In this document: positions 9,897 to 20,552 of the stretch, in pieces
How positions within the stretch are numbered: the first letter of the stretch is position 1
Layout: each line of letters begins with the position of its first letter
From: an uncultured Planctomycetota bacterium
GTDB lineage: Bacteria; Planctomycetota; Planctomycetia; Isosphaerales; Isosphaeraceae
DNA length: 64,000 nt
Direction of reading: 5' to 3'
Assembly: GCA_963737655.1 (NCBI GenBank)
Contig: CAVTTN010000002.1
Coordinates: 4,640,001-4,704,000 of the forward strand
Notes under the pieces: generated by a model
Told to the model about the DNA's origin: nothing
The model's input: the letters and a program-made list of their open reading frames with translations, nothing else
Databases searched by the model: none
Program-made: the position numbers and the translations under genes

Positions 9897-12091
9897 TCAT
9901 TTGAATGTGATCTTCGTCACGAAGGCATCGCTGGGCTCGATTCCTGCCGGTCGATGCAGTCCGTTGTGGTTGATAGGCGTTCCTGGTGGGGAAGTTCAAT
10001 GAATACGTGAACCCCGTGACGTACGCATTGCCCGAGCTGTCCACGGCGATGCCGTTGCCTTCATCCTCGTCGCTGCCGCCGAGATAGGTCGAGTAGATGA
10101 GCGACGCGGCCCCCGCCTGCGTAGGATTGATCTCGGCCACGAATGCGTCGGAAAAGCCTCCGCCAAACGTAGGTTGCAGGGCATTCGTCGTGGGGAAGTT
10201 GCTCGAGCCGGTGACGCCCGTCACGTAAATGTTCCCGTGGGTATCCACGGCGATGCCGCCGAGAGTGGTGTTCATGAACGGGGCCGCACCATCGACGCCG
10301 CCACTCAGGAAAGTGGAATAGACGAGACCGGTCCCCGCGGCGTTCAATTCCGTCACGAAGGCTGAGTCGGTGCCGATGGGGAACGTCCTCTGGTATCCCC
10401 CCGTGGTGGTTGGGAAATCGCTCGACGATGTCAGACCCATCACAGAGGCATTACCGGAACCGTCGATCGCGATCCGATAGCCCTTGGCAGCAGAATTGCT
10501 GCCGCTTCCACTGAGCTGGGCGCCGTAGACCAGTGCCGAACCCGTGGCATTCAGCTTCGCTACGAAGGCCCCGCCTTGGGTACCGGTCAGGAAAGCGCCC
10601 GGGGTTGTCGGGAAGTTTCCGTAGGAAGCGCCCGTCACGTAGGCGTTGTGGGAGCCGTCCACGGCGATGCCGTTCCCGAACGTGCCGGCCGGACCTCCGA
10701 GGAATGTGGAGTAGATGGGGGCCGATCCCGCCGGATTCAACGCGGTCACGAAGGCCTGGGGGCCACCTAGAGGGAGGACCGTCTGCAACGCCCCCGGAGT
10801 CGTCGGGAAATTGGTCGAGCTGCTGGTGCCCGTCACGTAGGCGTCGCCCGCGCCGTCCACCGCGATGCCGTTGGCATAGTCCTGCCCGCTGCCGCCGAGA
10901 TAGGTCGAGTAGACGAGCTTCGAACCGGTGGCGTTGAGCTTGGTCACGAAGGCATCAGCCCCATACGCGCCGCCGCTGGTCGTCCCGCCGGCAAAGGTGG
11001 CCTGCAGGGGGTTCTTCGTCGGGAAGTCGGTCGCCGAAGTCGAGCCTGTGACGTAGGCGTTGCCGGCGGAATCGACGGCAATACCCGAGGAGAATCCGCC
11101 GCCGAGAAAGGTGGAGTAGACGAGGGCCGAGCCCGCGGCATTGAACTTCGTCACGAAGGAGCCGTAGTTATCCGTCTTGATGAAGGTCCCCGATGTCTTG
11201 AAGGCCCCCGAAGTGGTCGGGAACTTCACCGACTCGGTCCAGCCGGTCACGTAAGCGTCTCCCGAGCTGTCCACGGCGATGCCCGTGCCCTGGGTCGAGG
11301 AATTGCCGCCGCCGAGGTAGGTCGAGTAGCTCAGGCTCATGACCGGGTCGATCACCAGCGCCTTGCCGTGGTCGTAGTGCCCGACCTGGAACCCCACCCG
11401 GCCGCCGGGTCCGATCACGAACCGGCTGGCCACCGACTGCCGGACGCCATCCACCATCTGGTAGGCGACGGGGGCGTGCTCGACCATGTCTCCGCCCGAG
11501 GTGTGCAGGACGAGGTCGCCCTGGGCGTCGAGCGATTTCCCCGTGACGCCGTCAAACGCCAGCCGGATGGTACCGGGGCTGGCGCCGGGCTGGACCACGA
11601 AGTCATATTCGAGCTGCTGCTGGTCGCCCTGGTAGACCAGGTTGATCCCGCGGTAGACGCCCTTGTAGGTGACCTCCGCGTAGTTGGCGATGTTGGTGTG
11701 ACCCCGCGACGAGCCGTTACCGGTGAAGTCGTTGCTCACGCCGGCCTGCTTGTCGAGGCCGACGGCGCGGGAGCCGGGATTCTGCGCCGACGATCTTCAT
11801 GGCGACGACGTTGCCGCCGCTGCCCTGCTGCACTTCCATCACGGCGCTCGTGGGCGTCAGGAACGCCGTGTAGCCGGCCCCCTGGGTCAGGAAGTTGACC
11901 CGGGGATCGGTCTGACCCTTGTTGATCTGGAAGCTCAGCGGGAGCTGGCCGTAGGCAGCGGTCAGTTGTGCCTGCGTGGTGGCATCGGGCACGGTGGTCG
12001 CGGCGCCGGCCGGTAGCGAGGAAAGACAGAGACGGCTTTCCAACGATTCGAGGGAAAGGAACTTCCGACTCAGTCGTTGTCTGCGAGTCAT
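9897..12091 (-). CDS. SBBP (beta-propeller) repeat extracellular protein (frameshifts near 11790 and 9945)
   Basis: SLESLESRLCLS N-terminal motif, YGQLPLSF..NKGQTD, repeated YSTYLGG...GIAVD..GNAYVTG.T.S.NFPT. Confidence 0.85.
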
Positions 12092-12186
12092 GGGAATGTC
12101 TCCTTCAAGAGAGCCGGTTGGCCAAAGCCTTGCGGCCTGGCCAACCGATGTCTCCGAGTTGCGGGGTGGTCGGTTCAGAACGTCAA

Positions 12187-14529
12187 TTACGAAATCGCAC
12201 CCGCCACGTTGAGGGCGTGGAAGAGGTGGTTGGCCTGCTTCTGGAGGGTCGGGTCGCCGTTGTAGAGCACGCCGCGGACGGTCTGCCGGTCGACCGCCTC
12301 CAGCAGTTCGTACACGTTCAGCGTGGTCTTGTTGGCGACACCGACGGCCGCGCCATCGGCACCGACGTCGAAGGAGTCGGCCCCCAGGCCGTCGGCCGAA
12401 ACGCTGAAGCCGTAATCCAGCCCGATCGTGCCGCCGAGCGATGATGTGGTGGCGTAAACGTTCAGGGCCGTCGCCAGCACCTGCGCCTCCACATTGGACC
12501 CGGGCAGGGCGCACTCAGTCTTGAAGAACGCAGCCACCTGATAATTGAACTGGTATTCAAGATTGTTGCTGCCCGCGCCGGCCCCGTAGAGATTGGGGAA
12601 GGCCGTGGACAGCCAGCTCGACAGCGCCGTTGAGTACGGCCCGCCGTTGAAGCCGTTGATAAGCGATTGACCATTCTTGCCGCGCCAGAAATCGATGTCG
12701 CCCGTCAGGCCGCCCTGAACAGCCCGGCCCAGGGAGACCACGGTGGCGGTGGAGAGTGTCGTCGCCGTCGTCGTGTTGCCGAGGATGTGGCTAATCTGGA
12801 TGCTGACCACATCCGTTCCGGGGTCGATGTAGGTGTGTGAACCCGTGACCGTGAGCGTCTTGCTCCCGGTGATGGTGCCGTCCGAAGTGCTGCCATCGCT
12901 CCAGGTGATGATGGCGGCGTACGAAGCCGCACTGCCGTACGGGTCGGCGTTCGTGAATTTCGCGACCGTGCCGGTGAAGAGAGCACCTGCGGTCGCACGC
13001 GAGTTGACGCCTGTGGCCGACAGCGCCGCCGGGCTGATCGTCAGGCTGGTGGTGCCCGCGCTCGTGCCGAATCCGGTAGTTCCGGCGCCCCCGGGCGACC
13101 CGCTGTAGGTCGCCGTGATGGCATGGCTGCCGGCGTTCAGCATCGTGATGCTGAAGCTCACCTTACCGTGGGCGTTGAGCGGCAGCGCGGGTCAGGGGCG
13201 TGCCACCTTCTTCAAAGGTGACGGTACCGGCGGTGATCGGTTTGCCGCCGCCAGTCACGGAGGCAGTACAGATCGCCGACTGGCCGTAGACCGAGCTGAC
13301 GGGGACGCTCACGGACGTGGTTGACACGTTAGCGTTCAGGAGCACGCTGAGGGTCCCCCCCCCAACACGCCCAGGTCGAGCTTGCCATCGCCGTTGAAGT
13401 CGCCAACCGACACGGTGTCAACAAACCCGGCAGCAGTGAAATTCTGTGCGGATTGGAAAGTGCCGTCGCCATCGCCGAGCAACACACTGACGTTGTTGCT
13501 GTTGTAGTCCGTCACGACCAGATCGGCCTTGCCGTCGCCGTTGAAGTCGCCGACAGAAAGGGAGCCAGGCTCTGCCGCAAGGGTGAAGCTCTGAGCGGGT
13601 TGGAAGCTGCCGTCGCCATTGCCGAGCAAGACGCTGACACTGCTGGGCCCTTGGCCAAGGGTGCTGGAAAGATTGGCCGTCGCCAGGTCGGGCTTACCGT
13701 CGCCGTTGAAGTCGCCGATCGTGACATTCGGGTAGTAACCGCCGACGACCAGGTACTGGGGAGACTGGAAGCTGCCGTCGCCGTTGCCCAGGAGCACGGT
13801 GACACTGTCGTCGGAGAGGTTTGCCGTCACCAGGTCGGGCTTGCCGTCGCCATTGAGGTCGCTCAGTGCCAGGTCGCCGGGATTGGACCCGTCGGCGAAA
13901 TCCTGAGCCGCCTGGAAGCTGCCGTCGCCGTTGCCCAGGAGCACGCTGACTGTGTCGCTGAACTCGTTCGCGACGGCCAGGTCGCGCTTGCCGTCGCCAT
14001 TGAAATCGCCCGCCACGATCGAGTCGGCGTACAACCCCGCCGCATACGTCGCTTGAGGCCGGAAGGTGCCGTCGCCGTTGCCGAGGAGGACCGACACACT
14101 GCTATTGAACGGGTAATTTTCGGTGTTTGCGACGGCCACGTCCATGCGGCCGTCGCCGTTGAAGTCACCCACCGCCACGCTTCCCTGACCTTGCCCGACC
14201 GGGAAGCTACCGACCGGGAAGGGCTGGGCTGTCTGGAAGGTACCGTCGCCATTGCCCAGTTGCACGCCGTCTGAGCCGCCCACGATGTCGGGCTTACCGT
14301 CCCCGTTAAAGTCTGCGACCGCCACTGAGGAAGGTGCCAGTCCAGTGGCGACACTGATCGGAGGGCTGAAGCTGACAGTGCTCAGGACGACCCGGTCTTC
14401 CAGCAAATCCAGCCGAGGCCGAAACCGCGTCGCCGCTCGGGGAGGCGGTGACCGGCGGCCGTTTCGTGCGACACGACCCGAGCGGCTGTCGGGGTGCAAG
14501 TTCTGTTGCTCATTGGTGAAGCACGTCAT
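12187..14529 (-). CDS. FG-GAP/VCBS repeat + Ig-like domain extracellular protein (frameshifts near 13350 and 13190)
   Basis: FRPRLDLLEDRVVLS motif; about 7 GDFNGDGK.DL repeats; downstream Ig-like 'GSHAITATYSG'. Confidence 0.85.
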
Positions 14530-14812
14530 TGGAGTCTCCTGCTGAGGGGTTGGTCCGCAGTCCAGGGAAATGGCCCGCGATCCCGGCGCGCAGACCGAGC
14601 GCCGGCGCGGTTCGGGCACTGCCGAGAGGCCGTGTCTCATCGGCCATCGATCTCTGATTCAAGGGAAATCCCTAGGTGCGCAGTCCACGGAGATGACTGC
14701 CACTTTGATTGGATCTCGAGTTCTGGGTCTTGGGTCCGGCTCCCGAGATCGTGGGTCTCGAAGGCGATCCAAAAATAAAGAACATATGTACTATCAACTT
14801 TATTTAATGTGC

Positions 14813-17521
14813 CTATTTCTGAGGCGATACTTGCTTGTTCTCCTTCCCGGACGGGGCCTCGAGCTTAAGGATCAGTTTCTTGAAATCCTCGCGACCGCGC
14901 AGCGCGTCGAGGTCCTTGTCCTCGGCCATGTGGGCGTCATCGCTGTATCCAGCCGCGACAGCTTGCCCGAGCCAGGTCATGGCCCGGTCGGCCTCGGCGG
15001 TGGCGGCCGTCGTGGTCACTTCCGACGGGTCGCTCGCACGCAGGACGGCGGCGGTGACGGCCCTCATGCAGGCCGCGTCGTACAGGCTCCCGGCGTCGGT
15101 GCGATTCAGTTTTTCCCACATCTCGGCGGTCGCCCGGCAGCCATCAGGATCCCGGAGCTTCGCGAAGTGCCGGAGCCGCAGGTTGACCACTTCCGCGATC
15201 AGGCGCGGATCGATGGCCTTTCCCGCGGAGCGCCCGACGCACTCGTCGATGATCGGCACGGCCTCCGCCCCCCGGTCCAGGTTCGCCAGGGTTGCCGCGA
15301 CCGCCCACATGCTGGCGAGCGTATCGGGATGGCCGGGACCGAGCTCGGCCCTCCGCAGCGCCAGCGTCTCTCGGTTGAGCTCGAGCGCCTCGGCATTCCG
15401 GCCCAGGGAGGCGTAACAGTTGGCGACGTTGCTCATGCTGAACAGGGTATCGGGGTGGTTGGCCCCGATGTGGGCCCTGCGCAATGCCAGCGTCTCTTCG
15501 TGGAGCTTGAGGGCCTCGGCATGCCGGCCCAGTTCGCCGTAGGTGTTGGCCAAGTTGTTCATGCTGGTCAGCGTGTCGGCATGGTTCGGGCCCAACCTGG
15601 CCCTTCGCCGCTCGAGCGTTTCCTGGTGGAGCTTGAGGGCGTCGGCGTAGCGGCCCAGCTCCTCGTAGCTATTGGCCAGGTTGTTCATGCTCGCGAGCGT
15701 GGAAGGGTGATTCGGGCCGAGTTTCGCCTTCCGCAGCGTGAGCGTCTCTTCGCCGAGGCGGAGGGCGTCGGCCTGCCGGCCCAGGGCGAAGTAGGCGACG
15801 GCCAGGTTGCTCGTGCTCGAGAGCGTGTCGGGATGGTCGATGCCGCGGTGCTTCATGAAGATCGTACGGGCCACCTGGTACTGCTCGGCGGCAAGCTGTG
15901 CATCGCCCAGGTACCAGAACGAGATGCCGAGCGTCATCCGCAGTCGGGCCTCGATGAGCGGTTGGTTCTTGAATCGCCTGTCCACGAACGGCAGCACGGA
16001 TTCGACGGCCGAACGGAGGGTGGCGTCGTGACCCAGGCCGCCGTCCTCTCCCTTGGGCCGTGCGGCGGCGAAGACCTTGTTCTCGACGAAATCGAGCACC
16101 GCCTCCGTATCGGCCGTACGGGCGAGGGCAATCTCCTTCGCCTCCTTCTCCGACTCTGCTGCGGCCAGGGCTTTTTGCTCATTGCCTTCCGCCCTTCTTC
16201 GCTGTTCGGCCTCGGACTGGCGCGCCCGATCGGCCCGCACGAAACCCCACGACGTCCCGATGATGCCGACGATCAAGACCAGCAAGACAGCCGCTCCGGC
16301 CAGCACCGGCCCTTTGTTCCGTTTTGCGAACTTGCTGAAGCGATACCATGACGACGGCGGGCAGGCCTGGACCGGCTCGTCATCCAGATACCGCCGCAGG
16401 TCGGCCGCCAGGCCGTTGGCCGTCTCGTACCGCCGGTTGCGGTCCTTCTCCAGCGCCTTCATCACGATCCAGTCCAGCTCGCCCCGCACCAGGCCGCTCA
16501 GCTTCCGCGGCTCGATGTGCCGGCATGCCGCGATGCTCGGCAGCTCCTCGGTCGTGCTCAGCCGCATGCTCGGGCGCAGCGATTCCTCCTCGCGGATCAC
16601 CCGGAGGATCTCGAGGAACAGCACCTCCTTCAGCCGCCTCCGCTCCAGCGGCGTCGAGCCGGTCAACAGCTCGTACAGGAGCACGCCCAGGCTGTAGATG
16701 TCGCTGCGGGTGTCGACGTCGAGCTGATTCAGCTCCGCCTGCTCGGGGCTCATGTATTCGAGCGTGCCGACGATCGCGCCGAACTCGGTGTAGAGCGTCT
16801 GGTCGGTCAGCCGCGGGCCGGTCGCCTTGGCCACGCCGAAGTCGATGACCTTGGGGACGGGTTTGCCGTCGTACAGGGCGATCAGGACGTTGGACGGCTT
16901 GATGTCGCGGTGGATGACCCCCTTCTGATGGGCGTGCTGCACGGCCTGGCAGACCGGGATGGCCAGCTCCAGCCGCTCGCGGAGCGTCAGCCGGCGGTCG
17001 TCGCAGAACCGGGTGATCGGGACGCCCTTGACCAGCTCCATGACGAAGTAGGGACGGCCCGCGTCGGTGGTCCCGGCGTCGAAGACCTTGGCGATGTTCG
17101 GGTGATCCATCAGCGCCAGCGCCTGGCGTTCGGCGCCGAAGCGGGCCAGCACCTGGCGGCTGTCCATGCCGGTCTTGATGAGCTTCAGAGCCACGGTGCG
17201 CCGCACCGGCTGGGTCTGCTCGGCCATGTAGACCGTGCCCATCCCCCCCTCGCCGATCACCTGGAGCAGCTTGTACGGGCCGATGACCGCGCCGGACGAC
17301 TCGGCCGGCGAGGACGAGGCCATCGAGGAGGTGGGCGAAGCGGGCGGGGATTCGAGGAAGGTGCCGGCCTGGAAGTGGGCGTCGACCAGCCTCTCGACGC
17401 GACGACGCAGTTCCTCGTCCGTGCCGCAAGCGCGGGCGACGAATGCGGCCCGTTCCTCCCCCGAGGCGATCTCGATCGCGCCGGAGAAGATGGTGTCGAA
17501 GCTGGGGTCGTCGCGAATCAT
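14813..17521 (-). CDS. serine/threonine protein kinase with TPR repeats
   Basis: [48 protein letters not shown] repeats. Confidence 0.95.
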   Translation of the reverse strand: MIRDDPSFDTIFSGAIEIASGEERAAFVARACGTDEELRRRVERLVDAHFQAGTFLESPPASPTSSMASSSPAESSGAVIGPYKLLQVIGEGGMGTVYMAEQTQPVRRTVALKLIKTGMDSRQVLARFGAERQALALMDHPNIAKVFDAGTTDAGRPYFVMELVKGVPITRFCDDRRLTLRERLELAIPVCQAVQHAHQKGVIHRDIKPSNVLIALYDGKPVPKVIDFGVAKATGPRLTDQTLYTEFGAIVGTLEYMSPEQAELNQLDVDTRSDIYSLGVLLYELLTGSTPLERRRLKEVLFLEILRVIREEESLRPSMRLSTTEELPSIAACRHIEPRKLSGLVRGELDWIVMKALEKDRNRRYETANGLAADLRRYLDDEPVQACPPSSWYRFSKFAKRNKGPVLAGAAVLLVLIVGIIGTSWGFVRADRARQSEAEQRRRAEGNEQKALAAAESEKEAKEIALARTADTEAVLDFVENKVFAAARPKGEDGGLGHDATLRSAVESVLPFVDRRFKNQPLIEARLRMTLGISFWYLGDAQLAAEQYQVARTIFMKHRGIDHPDTLSSTSNLAVAYFALGRQADALRLGEETLTLRKAKLGPNHPSTLASMNNLANSYEELGRYADALKLHQETLERRRARLGPNHADTLTSMNNLANTYGELGRHAEALKLHEETLALRRAHIGANHPDTLFSMSNVANCYASLGRNAEALELNRETLALRRAELGPGHPDTLASMWAVAATLANLDRGAEAVPIIDECVGRSAGKAIDPRLIAEVVNLRLRHFAKLRDPDGCRATAEMWEKLNRTDAGSLYDAACMRAVTAAVLRASDPSEVTTTAATAEADRAMTWLGQAVAAGYSDDAHMAEDKDLDALRGREDFKKLILKLEAPSGKENKQVSPQK

Positions 17522-17563
17522 GGCGATGTCCTGAGAGCGTGGGTTCCAGGCACAGTGCGAGTT

Positions 17564-18175
17564 TCAGGACGAAGAGGGATCACTCCGGCCGGAATTATTT
17601 TTCCAAGGGCCCGGTTCCTCGCCATCGGACAAGGCGTCATAGAGCCAGGCGCGCGCGACCGCCCAGTGCCGCTTGGCGGTGATCGGGGAGATGCCCAGGC
17701 ACGCGGCGGCCTCCTCGACCGACAGGCCCGCGAAGTAACGGAGCTTGACCACCTCCGCCTTGAGCGGCTCCTTCCCGGCGAACCTCGTTAACGCCTCGTC
17801 GAGGGCGAGCAGGTCGTGGAATCGGTCCTCGACGGGCAGGGCGACGGCGTCGAGCGGCATCCGCTTCCGATCTCCGCCGTGCTTGGGCCGTCGCTTGCGG
17901 CGGGCGTTGTCGACCAGGATGCGGCGCATGGCCTCGGCCGCGGCGCCGAAGAAGTGTCCCCGACTGTTCCAGTCCTGCCCTCGCTCGGGATCGAGCAGCC
18001 GCAGATACGCCTCGTGGACCAGGGCCGTGGCCTGGAGCGTCTGACCGGGCTTCTCCTGGGCCAGCCTCTGCGCGGCGAGTCGGCGTAATTCGTCGTAGAC
18101 CAGCGGCAACAGTTGCTCGGCGGCCCGGGGGTCGCCCCGCTCGATCGCCGAGAGGATCCGCGTCACTTCATTCAT
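17564..18175 (-). CDS. ECF RNA polymerase sigma factor, TIGR02999 family
   Basis: MNEVTRILSAIERGD...LLPLVYDELRRLA...TLQATALVHEAYLRL...AMRRILVD. Confidence 0.95.
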   Translation of the reverse strand: MNEVTRILSAIERGDPRAAEQLLPLVYDELRRLAAQRLAQEKPGQTLQATALVHEAYLRLLDPERGQDWNSRGHFFGAAAEAMRRILVDNARRKRRPKHGGDRKRMPLDAVALPVEDRFHDLLALDEALTRFAGKEPLKAEVVKLRYFAGLSVEEAAACLGISPITAKRHWAVARAWLYDALSDGEEPGPWKNNSGRSDPSSS

Positions 18176-18724
18176 CGAACACGCCGCCCCGATCCATCCG
18201 CTTGCGACGCAGCGGCGGCCCACCCTGGAGCACCGTGGCCCCGATTCGACTGAGATAAGTCCGCCACGAGGACGCGGATGATCGGTCCCAAGAGTAAACC
18301 CTGAGTCCCGAACAAGATAGGCGGGCGTCACTTCGCTGGACCGACCTCCAGGCGACGCGATCGCCCGTACGCGACGTGGCTCCGGTCGAGCTCAGGCCAC
18401 GAGTGTCAGCGTGAAATGGCGGCTCGTGACACGACTGTTGGGTCGACCCCTCGAAGGGATTTCAGTGGCGCTCGGTGAATGCTGGGCGACCATGGAAGGA
18501 ACCGGCTTTGGTTCACGGTCGGCAACTTCGGCGGCGGGCGTGTCAGCGCGTCGTGCACCACGTCTTGCAGAGGCGTGGTAGCATTTCCCGGACTCGAATC
18601 TCCTTCTCCGTAAGATGGATATGAAGACGCGACGCGGGAATCCGACAGGTCCCCTGGATCAAGGACCCAGGCGGCGCACGATCGCTCATAAGGGTACAGA
18701 ACGTTGCTGGGCGCGGAGCGTGGC

Positions 18725-18870
18725 TTAACGATCGACGAGGTCGTACACCCGCTCGACCAGCGCCGCGGCGATGGGAGAGGCGATCGACCACAGCGCCATC
18801 TTGTTCATCACGCAGGCGACGGTCATGCGGCGATCCGCGTCGGCGATCGAGCGGATCGCTCTCCGACCCG
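18725..18870 (-). pseudogene. C-terminal fragment of a beta-lactamase-fold serine hydrolase
   Basis: ADADRRMTVACVMNKMA...SPIAAALVERVYDLVDR* resembles the EstA-type hydrolase C-terminus; no N-terminus. Confidence 0.45.
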
Positions 18871-18941
18871 TCCCGGGCCCCGACCGCCCCTTTCCCCCGA
18901 GGCGATGGCGGCGATTGGCGGCCCGAGGCGGCCTCTGTCAC

Positions 18942-19005
18942 AGCGGAGGGGGTGGGATTCGAACCCACGGACGTTTTGAGGCGTCAGCGGTTTTCAAGAC
19001 CGCCC
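18942..19005 (-). repeat. att site: exact 64-bp copy of tRNA-Ser 3' part
   Basis: Identical to 42963-43026. Confidence 0.95.
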
Positions 19006-19023
19006 GGCGATCCCTCCAAGACG

Positions 19024-19194
19024 ATGCTATCAGACGACTTGCGGGGCGTCGAGACCTCCCCGGCAGCCCCACGGTTAGCGCGGCTGGAATCCGACCCCGA
19101 CTTCGCCCTGATCGCCGAGCGATGGGCCGACCTGCCCGAAGCCATCAAGGCCGGAATCCTCGCGATGGTCCGGGCCTCTGGACATCGGAAGTGA
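19024..19194 (+). CDS. small att-adjacent hypothetical protein (WADLPEAIKAGILAMV)
   Basis: 56-aa ORF; second copy at 9192-9362 has a TTA-to-TGA nonsense change. Confidence 0.45.
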   Translation: MLSDDLRGVETSPAAPRLARLESDPDFALIAERWADLPEAIKAGILAMVRASGHRK

Positions 19195-19897
19195 GGTTCA
19201 CGGTCAATCCAAGCGCGGACCCTCCCCCTGGCCCCCTTGGGAGGCTCCGGGCGAGGGCCGCATTACCGGCCCCCTGCCCCATTCGACGGGGGCCGAGCGA
19301 ATCAAATGGGCTGAGCGGTCCGGTGGGGATGGCGAGGGGAGGAGAGCCGATCGAGGCGGGACGAATTCGCGGGCGGGATGACCCCGGCGCAAAAGTCCCC
19401 CGGTCCCCCGGGAGGGGGCTGGCAGGAGTACGACGTTTCGGAGCCGAAGCCTATTCGAGCGGGCCGACCTGGACCGTTCGAGAAGGGGACTTCGCCGGCC
19501 CCTAGACAATATTATCTCCGAACCCGATCGGATGTCTACCGGACCGACGCCCAATCCCGGGCATTGATCCCCAGGTACCGGCCGAGGTGGCGGAGATTGG
19601 ACGTGGCCACGATGACCGAATCGTCCGGCCTTCCGAGCGTCGCGGCAAGGGCTCACCGGCAGTCTACCAGATCCCCCGTCATCCGCCCTTCATGGGGCCT
19701 GGCGACGATTCGTGACAGGCTGGGCGATTCGCCGCCCGGAGCATTCTCTCATAGCCCGTTCGCAGTCCTACCCACTCGGAAGTTTGGCGGATAATCTGGA
19801 GAGGGCATGGGCGACGCTCCGAGACGGGGCGTGAGTGGCCCCGGTCGACGGCAAGGGGGCTTCACACGAGGCCGCGCGGAAAGGCCGGTCGCTTCGA

Positions 19898-20452
19898 ATG
19901 AACGATGTCACCCGCATCCTCTCGGCCATCGAGCGGGGCGACTCGCTCGCCGCCGAGCGGCTTCTCCCGTTGGTCTACGACGAGCTCCGCGTCCTGGCCG
20001 CCCGGAAGCTCGCGCGGGAGAAGCCGGGACAGACGCTCCAGGCGACCGCCCTGGTCCATGAGGCCTATCTGCGGCTCGTCGGGGCGGAGGACCCGGGCTG
20101 GAATGGCCGGGGGCACTTCTTCGCCGCCGCGGCCGAGGCGATGCGCCGGGTCCTGATCAACCGGGCGCGGGACCGCGGCCGACTGAAGCGGGGCGGCGAT
20201 CGCGGCAGGGTCGACCTCGAGAACTTGCGCGACCCGTTCGAGGCCCGCGACGAGGACCTGCTCGACCTGCACGAGGCGCTCGATCGACTGGCCGCGGCCT
20301 ACCCCCGGCCCGCCGAGCTGGTGAAACTGCGATTCTTCGCGGGGCTGAGCCTGGCCGACGCGGCGGCGACGCTCGGGATCTCCGCGCGGACCGCCGACCG
20401 CGAATGGATGTTCGCGCGGGCCTGGCTGCGAGACGCGTTGGGCCCGACGTGA
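19898..20452 (+). CDS. ECF RNA polymerase sigma factor, TIGR02999 family
   Basis: MNDVTRILSAIERGD...TLQATALVHEAYLRL; paralog of 17564-18175. Confidence 0.95.
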   Translation: MNDVTRILSAIERGDSLAAERLLPLVYDELRVLAARKLAREKPGQTLQATALVHEAYLRLVGAEDPGWNGRGHFFAAAAEAMRRVLINRARDRGRLKRGGDRGRVDLENLRDPFEARDEDLLDLHEALDRLAAAYPRPAELVKLRFFAGLSLADAAATLGISARTADREWMFARAWLRDALGPT

Positions 20453-20552
20453 CGCGTGGCGGGGAATCCGGAAAGAGACGTGGCGGACTCCCGCCTTCGA
20501 TGGGGCACTTCAAGCGGGGGACACTTCGACTCCGGGAAGGACGGGATCCGCC

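Larger units (their letters stand above)
9110..18941. mobile_element. older tandem genomic island remnant (no integrase left)
   Basis: Bounded by tRNA-Ser att copies; first ~470 bp duplicate the start of the adjacent island (18942-19415). Confidence 0.7.

Noticed and set aside
14770..14815. AT-rich patch as a replication origin
   Set aside because: Too short, no iterons; more likely terminator or promoter DNA
9110..19005. Additional tRNA-Ser genes at 9110 and 18942
   Set aside because: They lack the 5' acceptor strand and D arm; they are att duplicates
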